A stretch of 64,000 bases of DNA, taken from Eukaryota sp. TZLM1-RC (lineage: Eukaryota > Protista > Metamonada: BaSk clade). The stretch is taken from assembly GCA_040285825.1 (NCBI GenBank), contig JAUPSS010000001.1:1488001-1552000 (forward strand), in the 5' to 3' direction. Below the pieces are notes generated by a model that saw only the letters and a program-made list of their open reading frames with translations, searched no databases and was not told the DNA's origin. This document shows positions 25,838 to 38,251 of the stretch, one piece after another. The position numbers were made by a program, and so were the translations under genes. Numbering within the stretch: position 1 is the first letter of the stretch; each line of letters starts with the position of its first letter.

Positions 25838-27940
25838 TGATGCCGTCTGTGTCATATGATAAAAAAGAGTAAGGATAATTTTATTAGAATTTCACCGGCC
25901 CTAATAAAGGCCATCACTAGTGAACTATACTATATAAATACAAATGTACTAGACTAATTGTCCACAGTACAACACTACCTTTTCCCTCTCTTAGATCTCG
26001 AACGAGAGCTACGAGTACAGACTGCCGGGAAATTAGTCTAAGATTTGGAATTAGAAGATGCCTTCCGTTTCCTGGTAGTGCGAGGACTAATAGAGCGCAA
26101 TTATGTTTGATATGCCTCAGTGCTTTTGACGTCAGCAACTGGGACAGACGATGTCTCGCTGCCATACCAAACTGCGGTGCAATAAGGAACTTTATTATTG
26201 TTCGAGTCTATAAAATCGAAGTGATCTATAATCTTAATAATTACAGATTCTTCCATATCACCGGCAGCAATGTTCTTATGCCAATCTATATCTTCTTTAG
26301 GGAATTATTAGTAAGATTAAAAGATGAATATTCATCTGATTTATTAACTGAGTTATCACGTTTACTACCATCTCCTCCTCTTCGTTTCTTACTTCCGGGT
26401 CTGCCAACGACGGAGAAGCATTTTTCTTCAGCATGTTTATCTGTATTACAGATGCCGCACCATTGCCCAGATGGGGTTTGCTTGGGATGATGTCTACCTC
26501 TACCGCCACCTCTAGATTCTCTAGGATGACCTCTGGAGGGACCTCTTGACTGGCTAGGTCCTCTAAACGAAGGTTTATTCCCAAATAATATTTTAACATT
26601 GGACAGTTCCAAATTTTGGTTTTCTGTCATCTTTTGGGTAAAAGCTTGCCCTAAATCGTATATCGCATCACTAAATTTCCCAAAATTTTTCTTGCCTGAT
26701 GGAAATTCGTCAATCCAAATTGCGTAGGTATTGACAAGTTGGTTGTTAGTCTTCTTATTGATCTCCTGTAGAATAAATCTAGCAGGGTAAACAATTGAGG
26801 GCTGCCCATCGGTTCCCGGCATGGCGGTTGACCGTCTTATGATATAAACAAATTGTTGGATGAAAGTGTTCCAAATTACCTCCGCAGATTTGCGACTAAT
26901 CTCGGGTGGTTTTGTGGCTGATATAGCAGCATGAACTTCAGAAATTGTTCTGTATTGGGTACTAAATAGCAAAAATTCCCAAATCTCGTGGTCGGTTGCA
27001 TTCCTATCTAAAGGTTCTTTTCGACCTCCAAGACGAGTTTTCCATTGGTCCATAACTCTGCACTCGATCATTTCGCTCAACTATAGGGGGTCAACTTCAT
27101 AAAACATCGAACGTACGAAATCAAATTCGTGGATTGGCTCCCCATATTTGGTGATCGGCTGAAAAGGTCTAATAGGTCCATCTCGGTCCCTTTTGGTTTA
27201 AGCCCAATGCGCAAAATTTACCACAAAATCGAAAATTTTCTTGGAATCAAAACCATCATCCAGTTTCTTTAGTTGTCTTTTCCTTTCTTCTATTTTCTTG
27301 ATGAGCTTTTCTTCATCAGTAAATGGTTTGGTGTATACACCAGAGGAAAGAACTAAAGGTCTCTTGGTATGTTGGTTGAAGGACTACTAGCTACCAAGGG
27401 AATAGTGGGAGGGAAAAGAGTACTCTGTCCAGAAGCTTGTGCAGATGGTCGTCTTCTTCCTAGATACGGTGCTACTGAAGGAGTCGAGAATAACAATTGA
27501 TTTGCTTCTTCAGATGGTAGCATCTCGCTCAAGTCAAGGATTTGGCGATGTTTGGGTATATCATCCTGTTCAGGCAACTTCTGAGAATCAGGTTTAAAAG
27601 TGGCCCAATCTGGAGCATCTTTAGAACCTTGAGGGACTCCATCCACATGATGACCCGGGGAAAAGGTTCCCATGGGTTCTCTCCGTCGAGAAAGGTTTAC
27701 TCACCGTGGGTGGTGGTGGATTGTTCTCCTTCAAAAAAGGGACATTACTCTTCCTCAGAAAGGAAGGAGGGTTATCATTGTGTCTTTTCAGGCCATTAAT
27801 TAATGATGCCGTCTGTGTCATATGATAACAAAGAGTAAGGATAATTTTATTAGAATTTCACCGGCCCTTATAAACGCCATCACTAGTGAACCTTTCTATA
27901 TAAAAACAAATGTACTAGACTAATTGTCCACAGTACAACA
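25838..27940 (-). mobile_element. Gag-only LTR retroelement (TR-GAG-like, no pol)
   Basis: 137-bp LTRs at 25838-25974 and 27804-27940 (sense TGTTG...CATCA, a few mismatches); TSD CATG; PPT aagagagggaaaaggtag. Confidence 0.9.
26286..27080 (-). pseudogene. gag: Gag-like ORF (C-terminal part; upstream part to ~27790 is disrupted)
   Basis: RGG-rich stretch followed by a CX2CX4HX4C knuckle (CGICNTDKHAEEKC), located inside the LTRs. Confidence 0.75.
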
Positions 27941-28168
27941 CATGAGTTTGGTATCAAGGTTTTGACAGTATAAAGGCAATTATCAGAGTTTCTTTGAGGA
28001 CGAGAAGCATAGTACACAAAGTATAGGTAACATCTTTGCAGATTGTGATCGAATTATCACACTGTGATCACACATTGAGTATTTATGAATCTATATGGTA
28101 ATTTTAAAGATGTAATGAAAAATTCATACATTGAATGATAAACACTGTTCATTAAAATGAGTCACAAA

Positions 28169-30548
28169 TGCTAAGTTACCAAGTGCGACCTCGGCATCGC
28201 ACTCACTGTGATCAAAACTATGCAGTGTGAAAAAACGGTTTACATTGTTGTGTTGTTCATATTCATATGAGGTTTACGTCGTATCCAAAACAATTTTTAC
28301 AGTAATTTCAACACTAGTTCAAAAAAATACTATCACTTATACTATCAAAACAATCACGAGAACAATCAAGTTCACGACAATGAAACACAACAGCTTCTTC
28401 TTCAATCACATCAGCTTCAACAAACATCCTTCCATCTTGAATTTCCGCTGCCAAAAACTGTTGAGCTGACAAGAACTCAACTGGCTGATGCTCCTCATTG
28501 TCATTTACTTGGTTTTCTTGTTGTAGTTCTATGAAAAAGTGGTCTTTCAGGCTAAAAATGGGATTAGGCTTCTGATGTGTTCAAAGTTTTTACTAGAGAT
28601 TCATTGCTTTTACAGAAGACGATTTTTTCTGTCCGTTTTACCTGCATTCTTGACCGTTTTTTTGTATGAAAACCCTCATAAGCACTCCAATTTCGTTCAC
28701 AAGCAGACACTGATAACACCTGCGCAAGGACTCTTACAGCAACTTGTTGCAACAATGGAGTCTTGGAACCATAAAACGTCCACCATTTGTAGGCAGGCAT
28801 TTTCTGTACTGCTGCGAGAACTTCTGGGCGACTAAGAGGAACGTTTTTTTCCTTATAACTCAAGAACTGGGTCCAAAAAAGAACCACATTACCTAAATTG
28901 GAATCGAGTAACTTTGTTGCTACTTCTTCCAAAGCAGACATGATTCTGTCATCTGAGTTGACCCAATCGTCGATGAATAATGGATCAAGAGCATATCCGG
29001 CCAGTTGAAAGGGGCTAATCATGACATCTAGTCTTTTCTCATAAATTGAAATAGTCTGTTCTTTTCTCTCGTTGGTAAAAAAATCATTTGTTTTTTGACT
29101 TAATTCTGATAAAATTTGTTGAGTTGCAATCCAAATGCGACCTGTGGTTGGAGCATCTTAGTCAACAAATCGCAGCAACTTAATATAAGGATAAAACAAC
29201 TGGAGACGACAGGAACTATTTTGCCAAAAGAAGTTATCATCATCTTGCAACACAAGTTCTCGTATCCACTTGGCTTGATCTTTGAGTTTTGAAGGCTTGT
29301 CCATGAGCCAATGCTTCCAAGACTCGCTGATTACAGTCGATTGAACTGCATCTTTGACTCTTACCAATCTCTCCAGCATTATAAAATTGGTAGCAAATCT
29401 TGTTTCACCAGGGCTTAAGAGAACAAGATCATTAGAATAATTTAGAAAAATGTGATTTGAAATAGGGTGATTTCTGATGAAAAACACCACTTTGAAAGCA
29501 AGAGATAACAGGTTTTGAATGAAATCTTGTTTTGAAATCCAAAAAATGATGAGATCAACATGATGTGTTGCACAGCCTGTTAAAGAGACTCTTGGCAGAA
29601 CTGGTGCCAATTTCTTAAAGGCTTTTGTGCAAGCTGGAGCATTGTCCATAATCATTTGAACAATGTGAGAAGTATCAATAACAGGTCCTAACTGTTTTGA
29701 GTCTGGTAAAGAAAGATGATTCATGATGGCGTCAGCGATGAAGACCCCAGATTTTTCAGATTCTGAAGTATCAATTGTACCTATAAACATGACATCTTTT
29801 GGGGCAGTACTTAACAAATTGATGAGCGGACGCTTTCTACGATCTTTCCATCCATCAGAAACTATAGTTGTACCACTTCTTGTCAAAGAATCGACAAATG
29901 TCTGCAGTGTTTTTGAAATATCTTCAACCAGACTTGACAATAGATGAGTCGAAACACTATCAACAGTGGGAGGTATATTAGACGGGTCTGTTTTGTTGAT
30001 GGCACTGACCATATGCTTAAAGCCCGGTTTTCCAACAATAGAGAGTGGCAAGTTACAGGATACAATGAGTTTCATTATGGATTCATCTGAGGTCCTATGA
30101 CGGTGGACACTTGTAGCTCTGTATAAGGTAGTTTGTTTGGTTCTTTTCTTCACCGCTGGTTCCTCGTGGGACGTAGCTAACCGTTTTTGTGACTGCCTGC
30201 TCTTTTTGTCTGTCAGTTTCGCTTTAAGTTGACCCAGAAGATCAGTGGGTGGATTAGGACATTTTTTAATTTGATTAGAACCTGATATATGTAGTTCAAG
30301 ACGGGGTTTAGAAACAGTGAAGGTATGTTGGCAGCTTTTGCAGCGATAGGTTCCATTTATGTGTTGAATGTTACTCATTTGTGGTGGAGAGTGAACAATG
30401 GTGTTGGTGGGGTGAAGAATTAATGTACTTTTCTACTACTATTTTTATACATTGTGCGTTCTAATACTGACATTAATAATTAATATTATCAACTTAATGA
30501 TAATAGTAAAAATTAATTCGAAAAATCGTCGCACTCGGTAACTTTGCA
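28169..30548 (-). mobile_element. hAT transposon with near-intact transposase (28564-30378; one in-frame stop at 29158)
   Basis: BED-like CKSC..H..C, VSDGW, MDNA, CATH, GETRFAT and WW...SACERNWS dimerisation motifs. 21-bp inverted repeats tgctaagttaccaagtgcgac (28169-28189) and gtcgcactcggtaactttgca (30528-30548). Confidence 0.9.
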
Positions 30549-30566
30549 AAAATGTAATCCTATATT

Positions 30567-31460
30567 CTACTGCCTTTTACTAAAGACCCTGTCAACTTCC
30601 TTTATACTAGACCAATCTAGATCAATTTCTTTTTCCAGAACATCTTCATCTTCAGCAAATTCACCGAGGTCTAGTACATTAAGTTGATCCTCCCACTCCT
30701 CGTCATATATGTCTCGAAGATCTACATCCAAACATTCGTCTTCCATATCAACAACATAATTTTTGACTTCGTTGATGATGTCTGCTTTATCCTCAGCCCA
30801 TTGGAGTGCCGATGTGTAACAATCAGTGTGTTGTTTCAAAACTTCGTTGATTTGACTGAGATTTATCTTTACAGGATTCTTCTCCAACAACGGCATGTTG
30901 AAGTGAATCAGCTATATCCTCCAAGTGTTGGTTTGACATTTTCAACCTTCTATTTGGTAACTGGTGGTCAAACGAACTCCAGTTTCGTTCGGTCACAGAG
31001 GCAACTCCAGTGTGACCTGTGATTCTCTGTGCAATTTGGCTCAGATGTGGAAAAGTTCTTTTCATGTTTTTTCAAATTCTGAGAATAATTCTGTAACACA
31101 TGTTGTGTAATTGATCTTGTTGAACAAGTTGTTCAAACAGTTTTGTTCCCTAAGTTCTGGATTGAGAAGTCTTGTGTTGATCAGAGATTTGTTTGTTACA
31201 TAGTTCAGTCTGGACTGAAATTGTTTATCGAATTTTTGAGCTTTCTTTCAACACAGAAATTTCATAGTTTAATTCACTACTTTGTTTCATAAAAATATTT
31301 TTCATTGAATTTCTCACAATACCAAGTGAATAATGAGCAAAGAAAAACAAAACAAGCAATTGAAACATCAGATAGTCTTAACAATGACAAAATTGTTGAA
31401 CACACAGCAACTAGAAGACTGGTCTCATTCCAAAACGATGAGATTTGAGAGTTCTTCAAA
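30567..31460 (-). pseudogene. C-terminal relic of a second hAT transposase
   Basis: PHLSQIAQRI...SVTERNWSSF...RR motif and acidic tail; TGTGAT(C) motif clusters at ~28045-28075 and ~31865-31925 may be its subterminal ends. Confidence 0.7.
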
Positions 31461-31959
31461 CAATTTTGGATGAAGTTGCTGAGTCTCTTGACATCGCATA
31501 GTATGCGTATCACGAAAACTCGTGGAGAATGTAGCATGAGACTCGAACCCACAAGAAATACAACGGAAGCCCTTAACTTGCCCTTCTCCTGGTGGCGCAC
31601 AAGAACAAGTTTGTATAGAGGATTTTCTGAGTTCCCACAGTAAGTGTGGAATAAACTATCGTCCTGAGACTCATGTTCCGTGGAAGAGACAGACACTGAG
31701 CAGAAAAGCTTATATTAAAGTTCAAGTTTATGCACACAAAGTTTATGACTATTTACTTTATGACTATTTTAACTATTAATAGCATTCCAAATTATGATGT
31801 ATGTATGTTGAGCTTTTCGGAGATTTTAGCCTTACCCATATATAGTTTTTTTACTAAAGCCACAATGTGATGTGATGTGATCACAAAAAAATGAAGGTTT
31901 GTGATTATATGTAAATGTGATCCACAAGAATGAATCAACTATTAATCTATAAATAGCAG

Positions 31960-32340
31960 CTGTTTTGCTAACAAATCCATTTCAAATTCGCCTATCTTGT
32001 GTAAACCAGCTGTCAAATCAACAAAGTCTTGTAAGACAGCATTGAAAACATAAGTAGAACAACTGCGGTCATTCGTGATTGCAGCATTGAAGATTGCCAA
32101 TTCGCTGTCAGTAGTCATAGTAATGAATTTTTCTTCAAATTGAAAATCTTTAACAATAGCAGATAGTTTAGAAACTCAATGGGATGCATCTTGAGTGTAC
32201 GGCAATTGTCGTGTCAAGGACGACATTACAGGGCTTAAAGTCGTTATCCAACCAATGAGCTGTCAATTCCAGAAAAGGACTTTTGACTACTGAAGAGCAA
32301 AAATCTACTGTTAAAGCGATTCTCAATTTTGGAATTTCGT
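31960..32340 (-). pseudogene. Ac-like hAT transposase fragment
   Basis: IALTVDFCSS...FLELTAHWLDNDF and MTTDS motifs. Confidence 0.65.
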
Positions 32341-32588
32341 TTTCAGCCTATACTGTTTTCCTCAAACATGTGTTTACGCAATTTTTATGAGTATTCTATT
32401 CTAGCTACTATTAAAAAATGAAGAATTTTCTCCCTAAAAGGCACTTCACCAAACCCATAGCCCAAAAACGCAATTTTGAAAACATGTTCCAAACACAACA
32501 AAAAACACATTATTATGTTGTATTAACTTTTTTACAACCCCTGTTTTATGCAGATATCTATTGAGTCTTTTAAAAGCAAAACAAAAAT

Positions 32589-34600
32589 ATGTCTGAGGAA
32601 AGGAGTGCTGTTGACAACGCGTCTAGATCTTCAAGCAGCAATTTATTAGAACCGTGTTTGTAAAAACTTTGGCCCCAAAAATTTTGGGACTCAAAAATTT
32701 TGGGCCAACTAACTTTGGGTCAAAATTGAAAAAGTTCCAAAGTGTTTCGCATATTATTTTCAAATTATTAAATACTATTTATGACTACCAAACACAAATC
32801 TATATTGGGCAGAAATCATATTACTGTTCCAATGCATACTGGGTGTATACATCAGGACGTTGTGTGGTTCTAGAGATAGGTACTTTGTTGAGCGAAGAAC
32901 TTCAACAACTTCCAGGTCTTGAGTGTGTTGAGTAACGGCTTCTTCGGATTTTGCATCAACAATTTTTACAACGGTTGGTTGGGGCTTCCAGTAGTCACGT
33001 AATGTACTTCTGCACTCCTCAAAGGGGAAGATACAAGTGACAAATGACAAAAGTCAAGGTTAATTTGATAGGTGTTTTGTTGCACTAAATTTCTCAATAC
33101 AAGGTTTTCAATATTGTACGTTTACTTTTATCTTATTTGAATGAAGAAGTAAACGATGAAGGTGATAATGAAATTAAAAATACTTTAACTGAAACAGTGA
33201 AAATAATTTTAAATTATTCAGAAACTAAACGATATTCTGACAATGTTGTTGCAATATTAAATGTAATTGAAAAAGTTTTGTAAAAAATGATTTTATTTTT
33301 TAAAAAAAGATAACAACACATATTAAAGATTTTGGACCTAAACCTTTGATTTGTGCTGATGGAACACATGTTAAAAGACAATATTTGAGAACTATTCTAA
33401 TCGCAACTAGTATGTGTCCTGGTGTTGATATTTCAGAGCAATAATGGTATTGAATATATATAAATTTTGTCTAAAAGGTGTTGGTTGACAGCAGGACGGT
33501 GGCCATGGAAGTTGGAATCCGCTAAATAATGTGTAACAACTCACCTGCCGAATCAACTAGCCCTGAAAATTGATAACGCTAAGGTGTGGCACCTATACAT
33601 GTCCATTAATTCATTGTATGAGTTAATGTGAAGAAGGCCGTGGGGCTTGCGTAAAAGGATTATTGTTGAATGGACTGGAGCAACCTCTAGTGCAGATCTT
33701 GGTGGTAGTAGCAAATAAACGAAAAGGAGTAGGGTTCCATGGTAAAGGTATTCTGCCATGGGTTAGTCGGTCCTAAGGCACAGGTTAACTCTTTGAGAGG
33801 GGGCTTTGATAACTCCGTTCTGTCGAAAGGGAAGCATGTTAATATTCCTGCACCAACAGTGGGTGTTCGTGGTAACACACTCGAATCCAGAGATGTTGGG
33901 GAGGATCCTGGGAAGAGTTATCTTTTCTTACTAGTTGTCTTATGTTCATGGAATCTGTTGAACAGGAGAAGTGGATATAAGATAGGAAGAGCATTACGTT
34001 TTTGTGATGTCCGGTGTATTTTCAATGGCCCTTGAAAATCTAAAGGAGTAATCACTTGATTGTTGTCCAAACCGATGACCGCATCAGATCTCCAAGCTGT
34101 GTAGCCTCTGGTATATAAAAGAACATAGGTAAGGGGAGTCGGCAATATAGATCTCTAACTTCGGGATAAGGATTGGCTCTAGGGGACTTGTGTGAGAGCC
34201 CTAGTGGGGACGCACTGAGCGTTGATGTGATTGTTAACAATTGCGTTGATGCGAGGTGTTTGTTTATTTCATATTTGAACAGCCCTTTTATGGACTGTCG
34301 TGGATGTAGACAATTGGAACCACTCCCAGTCGTTTTTGGTGAAATTGTAAACAAATAATTTACTAGACAATAATGTAACATTTATTAGTGATAGACAGAA
34401 AGGATAGATGAAATTTTTATCCAAGGTCTTAAACGCTAATCCACAAGTTTTTTGTGCTTGGCATTTAGCTCAGAATGGTGGTCGTGCAAAATACATTTTC
34501 ACGTTTTTGCCATAGCCGGAAGTACCATAGTGGAAAAATTTGAACACAAGATGAAAGTGCTCAGTGAAGCACATCCACGTGGTGCAGAGCAGGGATGACT
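32589..34600 (+). pseudogene. MULE transposase relic interrupted by an LSU rRNA fragment
   Basis: KPLICADGTHVKRQYLRTILIATS (33340-33411), resuming as VDNWNH/PVVFG, FISDRQKG* and FCAWHLAQN (34306-34480). Outer boundaries are approximate. Confidence 0.75.
33473..34305 (+). rRNA. 28S: Degenerate internal fragment of eukaryotic LSU (28S) rRNA (pseudogene)
   Basis: Universal LSU blocks gacagcaggacggtggccatggaag, tgtgtaacaactcacctgccgaat, agtgcagatcttggtggtagtagcaaata and aacttcgggataaggattggctct (to ~34183), with deletions and substitutions. The 3' boundary is approximate. Confidence 0.9.
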
Positions 34601-35049
34601 AAAGTGAAGTACTTTAGTCACTTTACTCTACTTTAAATCTTTTTTCAATAAAGTGATGACTTCTATGCACTTTTGACAATAGTCTACGACAACTTCAAAC
34701 ATCAGTTAGACATTGTGACTACCTTTTTGAACACAAAAGATGGAAAAAGTACATTTATTCAGAAACTCATCAAAAACTGAATGGAGACTACATATGAACA
34801 TTTGGTGGATGAGCACCAACATGTTTTTTCATCATTCTACAAATTTTACTTCAATTACAACATTATTAGATGATTCGCTGCTACTCATTTCCAAATCGTC
34901 AGACTCACTGGCTACTGCTGCGCTATCCATCCATCCAAAGTACTCTTTGTCCTCCTTTGACGTAGTGTTTTACCATCACACTATCCGTGGGCTTTTGACT
35001 AGCCATTCGGTTTTTTTCTTGTGTACAAACAATACGATAGTCTGACCAA

Positions 35050-36500
35050 TTTCTTTCAGCTTCTGAATTTGAAGTTACCATACTCAACAACTTTACCGCC
35101 AATCTGGATAACTCAATATTACCACCATGAACAAACCACTATTCGTGCGATGCCATTCTTGGAGCTATTTTGAAAATTTCGTCATGTTGAAAAGAATCTG
35201 AACCTTCGACATAACATGACCACTCATGAATAATGTTTTTTTTGCGCTACCAAACTGCTCTTCAATCACTCGAAACAGTGAATCACGACATTCTTGAATT
35301 TTTTTTGTGGAATTAAGTTTCTAAACTCGGGACCCAAACAAAAAGAGGCCCGACGATAGTCGTCAAAAATTTGACAAATGTGGAATTCAAATCTTTGAAG
35401 GATTGATGCATGTGCTTCTTCTGAAATGTAGGATAATCAAACAGTATTCATTCTGATTTATTCCAATTGCAGATATCGATAAATTTTGCCCATAATAGGT
35501 GTCAAACTGTCGATTCTCTGCATCACAATAACCAATGCCTTCATACAGTCTACTAGTTCCTTCACTTGCTCCAGTAACTTTCATCGGCTACAATAATTTT
35601 GACCTCACTAGATTCCCTACGTAATCCCCTTTGTTCAGGAAAGGACAGCCATCTGACATACTGTTTATGGGTCAACGTTTGGGCTATATATGGATATAGT
35701 TCAACTACTCGTTCTAACACAAGAAAAAGTGTATAAAATCTAGTAGTAGCAATTGTTTTCAGCGTCTTCTTTGTAGAAATTTTTCGCACCAGCTTCTTGA
35801 TGAACGGCTTTAGAGCAAATGTTATAACTTTGATGACAGGTGAAACACACTGAAAAATGGAATCGTTTTTGTGCTGGAAGTTGACTTCCAAGATATCTTT
35901 TATGAAAGAATATAATGTGTGAAGGGCACATCTGAGACTTTAACCTTGTAAACATCATACAAGTTTTTGGCTGAATTACAATAGTTGGGAGCTACGTCAG
36001 TGAGGACAGAATTTACGAGCTCAGGTCCGATTTCTTGAATTGTAGTTTCGAACTGGCTTGTTAATTAATCTTCATTCTTTTTATGGGTTCCCACATCTAC
36101 GGTTTTTCAAAAAATCGAAACACCAGGAGCGATTAAACAAAAATTTATCAAAGAATATCCATTTACTCCGAGCCGTCAATTGCCAGACACAGGCCGGTCA
36201 ATTGATGTTGGGTAACTTGTTGTTTTATGGCACTCTTATCATCAGTAACCACACGTGGACCTACTGATGACAACATTTTTGTGTACGATGACAATTGAAA
36301 ACAATTTCCGAATTGCCAAAAATGTAGTACACCAGAATCTATGATATCTTGGAACATTGTACTTCTGCTCACTTTCGTCAGAGGGATTCCCTCACAGAAA
36401 CTGTAAGTTGCAGCAATGTCTTCAAGTCTCTTAGTGCTTAATCGTTCCTGTACTTGTTTGAGAATGAGTTGATGTAACGACTTTTGCACTGTGGGTTGAA
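35050..36500 (-). pseudogene. Heavily decayed hAT transposase
   Basis: LCLAIDGS, VLTDVA, CPSH, ATTRF and *WFVHG motifs across broken frames. Confidence 0.7.
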
Positions 36501-36519
36501 GATTGGTGCGAGAAGAAGT

Positions 36520-37506
36520 ATTACTCAGTCAATTATGTATTTATGAATAGAGAATCTAAATAAAGAGAATTACTCTCAATATTTGGTAGGGACTCTAAAT
36601 TTGAAAATAAAAACACCATCAGAAAACAATAAACTCTACATATTTTAAAGAATTAAGGTGATTTGGAAACAAAAAACTAAATGAAAAATGCAAAGTACAG
36701 ATACAGAGGTCGTAATTGAGTCCATTCACGGGTTTGGCTAATTCAAAAGTTCAAATTAAAACAGAGCGTTATTAATCCAAACAATAGCAAAATAAATAAA
36801 TGAAAACGTGTTATTATTTGTTGAAAAATAATGAATCAGAAATACCAACATTGGTTATAACTTTAGTAACAAATTGTTGTTAATCCACAGTAGCAGCTGA
36901 GTAAACCAACAAGAACAGTTTCTAAATCAATAGTAGAATCAGTAGCATCAATAGATTGAGATTGACAACGAACAAGAACTACATCATCAAAATCAAAATT
37001 GCATTTAACGAGGGTAATAAGAGGATCATCATGAGCACATCCACTATCAACTTTACCATCAGAATCAACTGGACCTAAAGTTTTGACTTTGGTGAAATCC
37101 AAGGTTGAGTCATCAGCATTGATAAATCAACCAGTATTGGATTCATGGTGAACAATTACAAAATACAAAACAATTTGAGTAATAATGAAACAATGGACGA
37201 ATGAAAGGATAAAACCAGTGTGGGAATAAGATAACTGCCCGGTTAGTGTTAGGGTTGGAATTTAGGATTTGAGGTTAGAAATTTTTTACCGATCTACTTC
37301 TCCGATCTAATCATAGGTCGGATTGTGAATTTAAAAGGTTCTTGACTTTGACCATCTGATGTGATGAGTCCAGCATTAATATTGTTGCTAACTGATTACT
37401 ACAACGTTCATATGTGATCTTGGAAGTGAACGGTTTTGTTTACTGTATTGAGAAAGTGGCAAGATATAACCGGTGGTTGATCATGGGGATTGTGAGATGG
37501 GGAGAA
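36520..37506 (-). repeat. Right copy of the ~1-kb inverted repeat (partner at 22867-23861)
   Basis: Reverse complement of the left copy. Confidence 0.92.
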
Positions 37507-37687
37507 GACTTGAACGGAACAACCCCATCTGCATGTATAAAAAATGACAGAGGGCAGATGGCATTCATAAGAAAACTGCAAAGACACACATCAAAGACCC
37601 AATAATGTTATTGGAGAGAAATGTCAAAGATTGACAAAAAGCTTGATAATATCAAGTTTATATCAAAACTTTCTTATCATTCCCATC

Positions 37688-38041
37688 ATGTCCATGAAAA
37701 CCATCTCTGTTGATCAAGTTGACGAAACCATGGAAGATCTTGCACAACGTGCTATTTTTGTTTTTTCTGAGAAATGGTGTCCTGATTGTGTTTCTGCAGC
37801 CCCGATCATTGATTCCATCTCCCAAGAGTTTGCTAACGTTCCCGTTTACCTCGTTCCTGTTGGATCTATGATGGAATGGAAATCTACCAACCACGAATTG
37901 AGAGCCCATCCATTCTTCAAATTAAGCAAGATTCCAACCTTAATGGTTATTGATGCCAACAAGTCCTACGCCAGGCTCGAAGAAGCACAATGCTTGGAGG
38001 AAGAGGCAGTGAGAGATGCATTCCGTACTGCCAATGTTTAG
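37688..38041 (+). CDS. TXNDC17: Thioredoxin-like protein (TXNDC17/TRP14 type)
   Basis: WCPDC active site, VG...EW...HELR..P.FKL..IPTL; ATG at 37688. Confidence 0.85.
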   Translation: MSMKTISVDQVDETMEDLAQRAIFVFSEKWCPDCVSAAPIIDSISQEFANVPVYLVPVGSMMEWKSTNHELRAHPFFKLSKIPTLMVIDANKSYARLEEAQCLEEEAVRDAFRTANV

Positions 38042-38251
38042 ATTGTAACTCTTGCCACTGTGTGATGTGACATGCTTGATGTTACTGATAGTAGCTTTTT
38101 GCTTATAAAATGTACCTATTTTGCTTTTGTTTTAATATTTTCCATTCTCTTCAAAGACACAAAACTGAATTATATGTAATGCAAGAAATAGAAAATAAAA
38201 TCAAACAAGTGAGCTGAAAACTTCACAAAAAACATTTATATTTACAAAAAT

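Larger units (their letters stand above)
24400..28040 (-). pseudogene. MULE (Mutator-like) transposase relic interrupted by an LTR element
   Basis: Reading frame YTVKTLIPNSC|QNLNNK...LPANFEDLVTLNPGS...FTRLF...CRPLVRVDGTHL is continuous once the LTR element and one CATG are removed. The left boundary is approximate. Confidence 0.75.

Noticed and set aside
28155-30565. 8-bp TSD for the near-intact hAT
   Set aside because: No matching flanking octamers at any plausible terminus, so the exact ends remain uncertain.
31515-31600. tRNA-like T-arm (GTGGGTTCGAGTCTCAT on the minus strand)
   Set aside because: No convincing acceptor stem, D-arm or anticodon arm could be folded; tRNAscan-SE would be needed.
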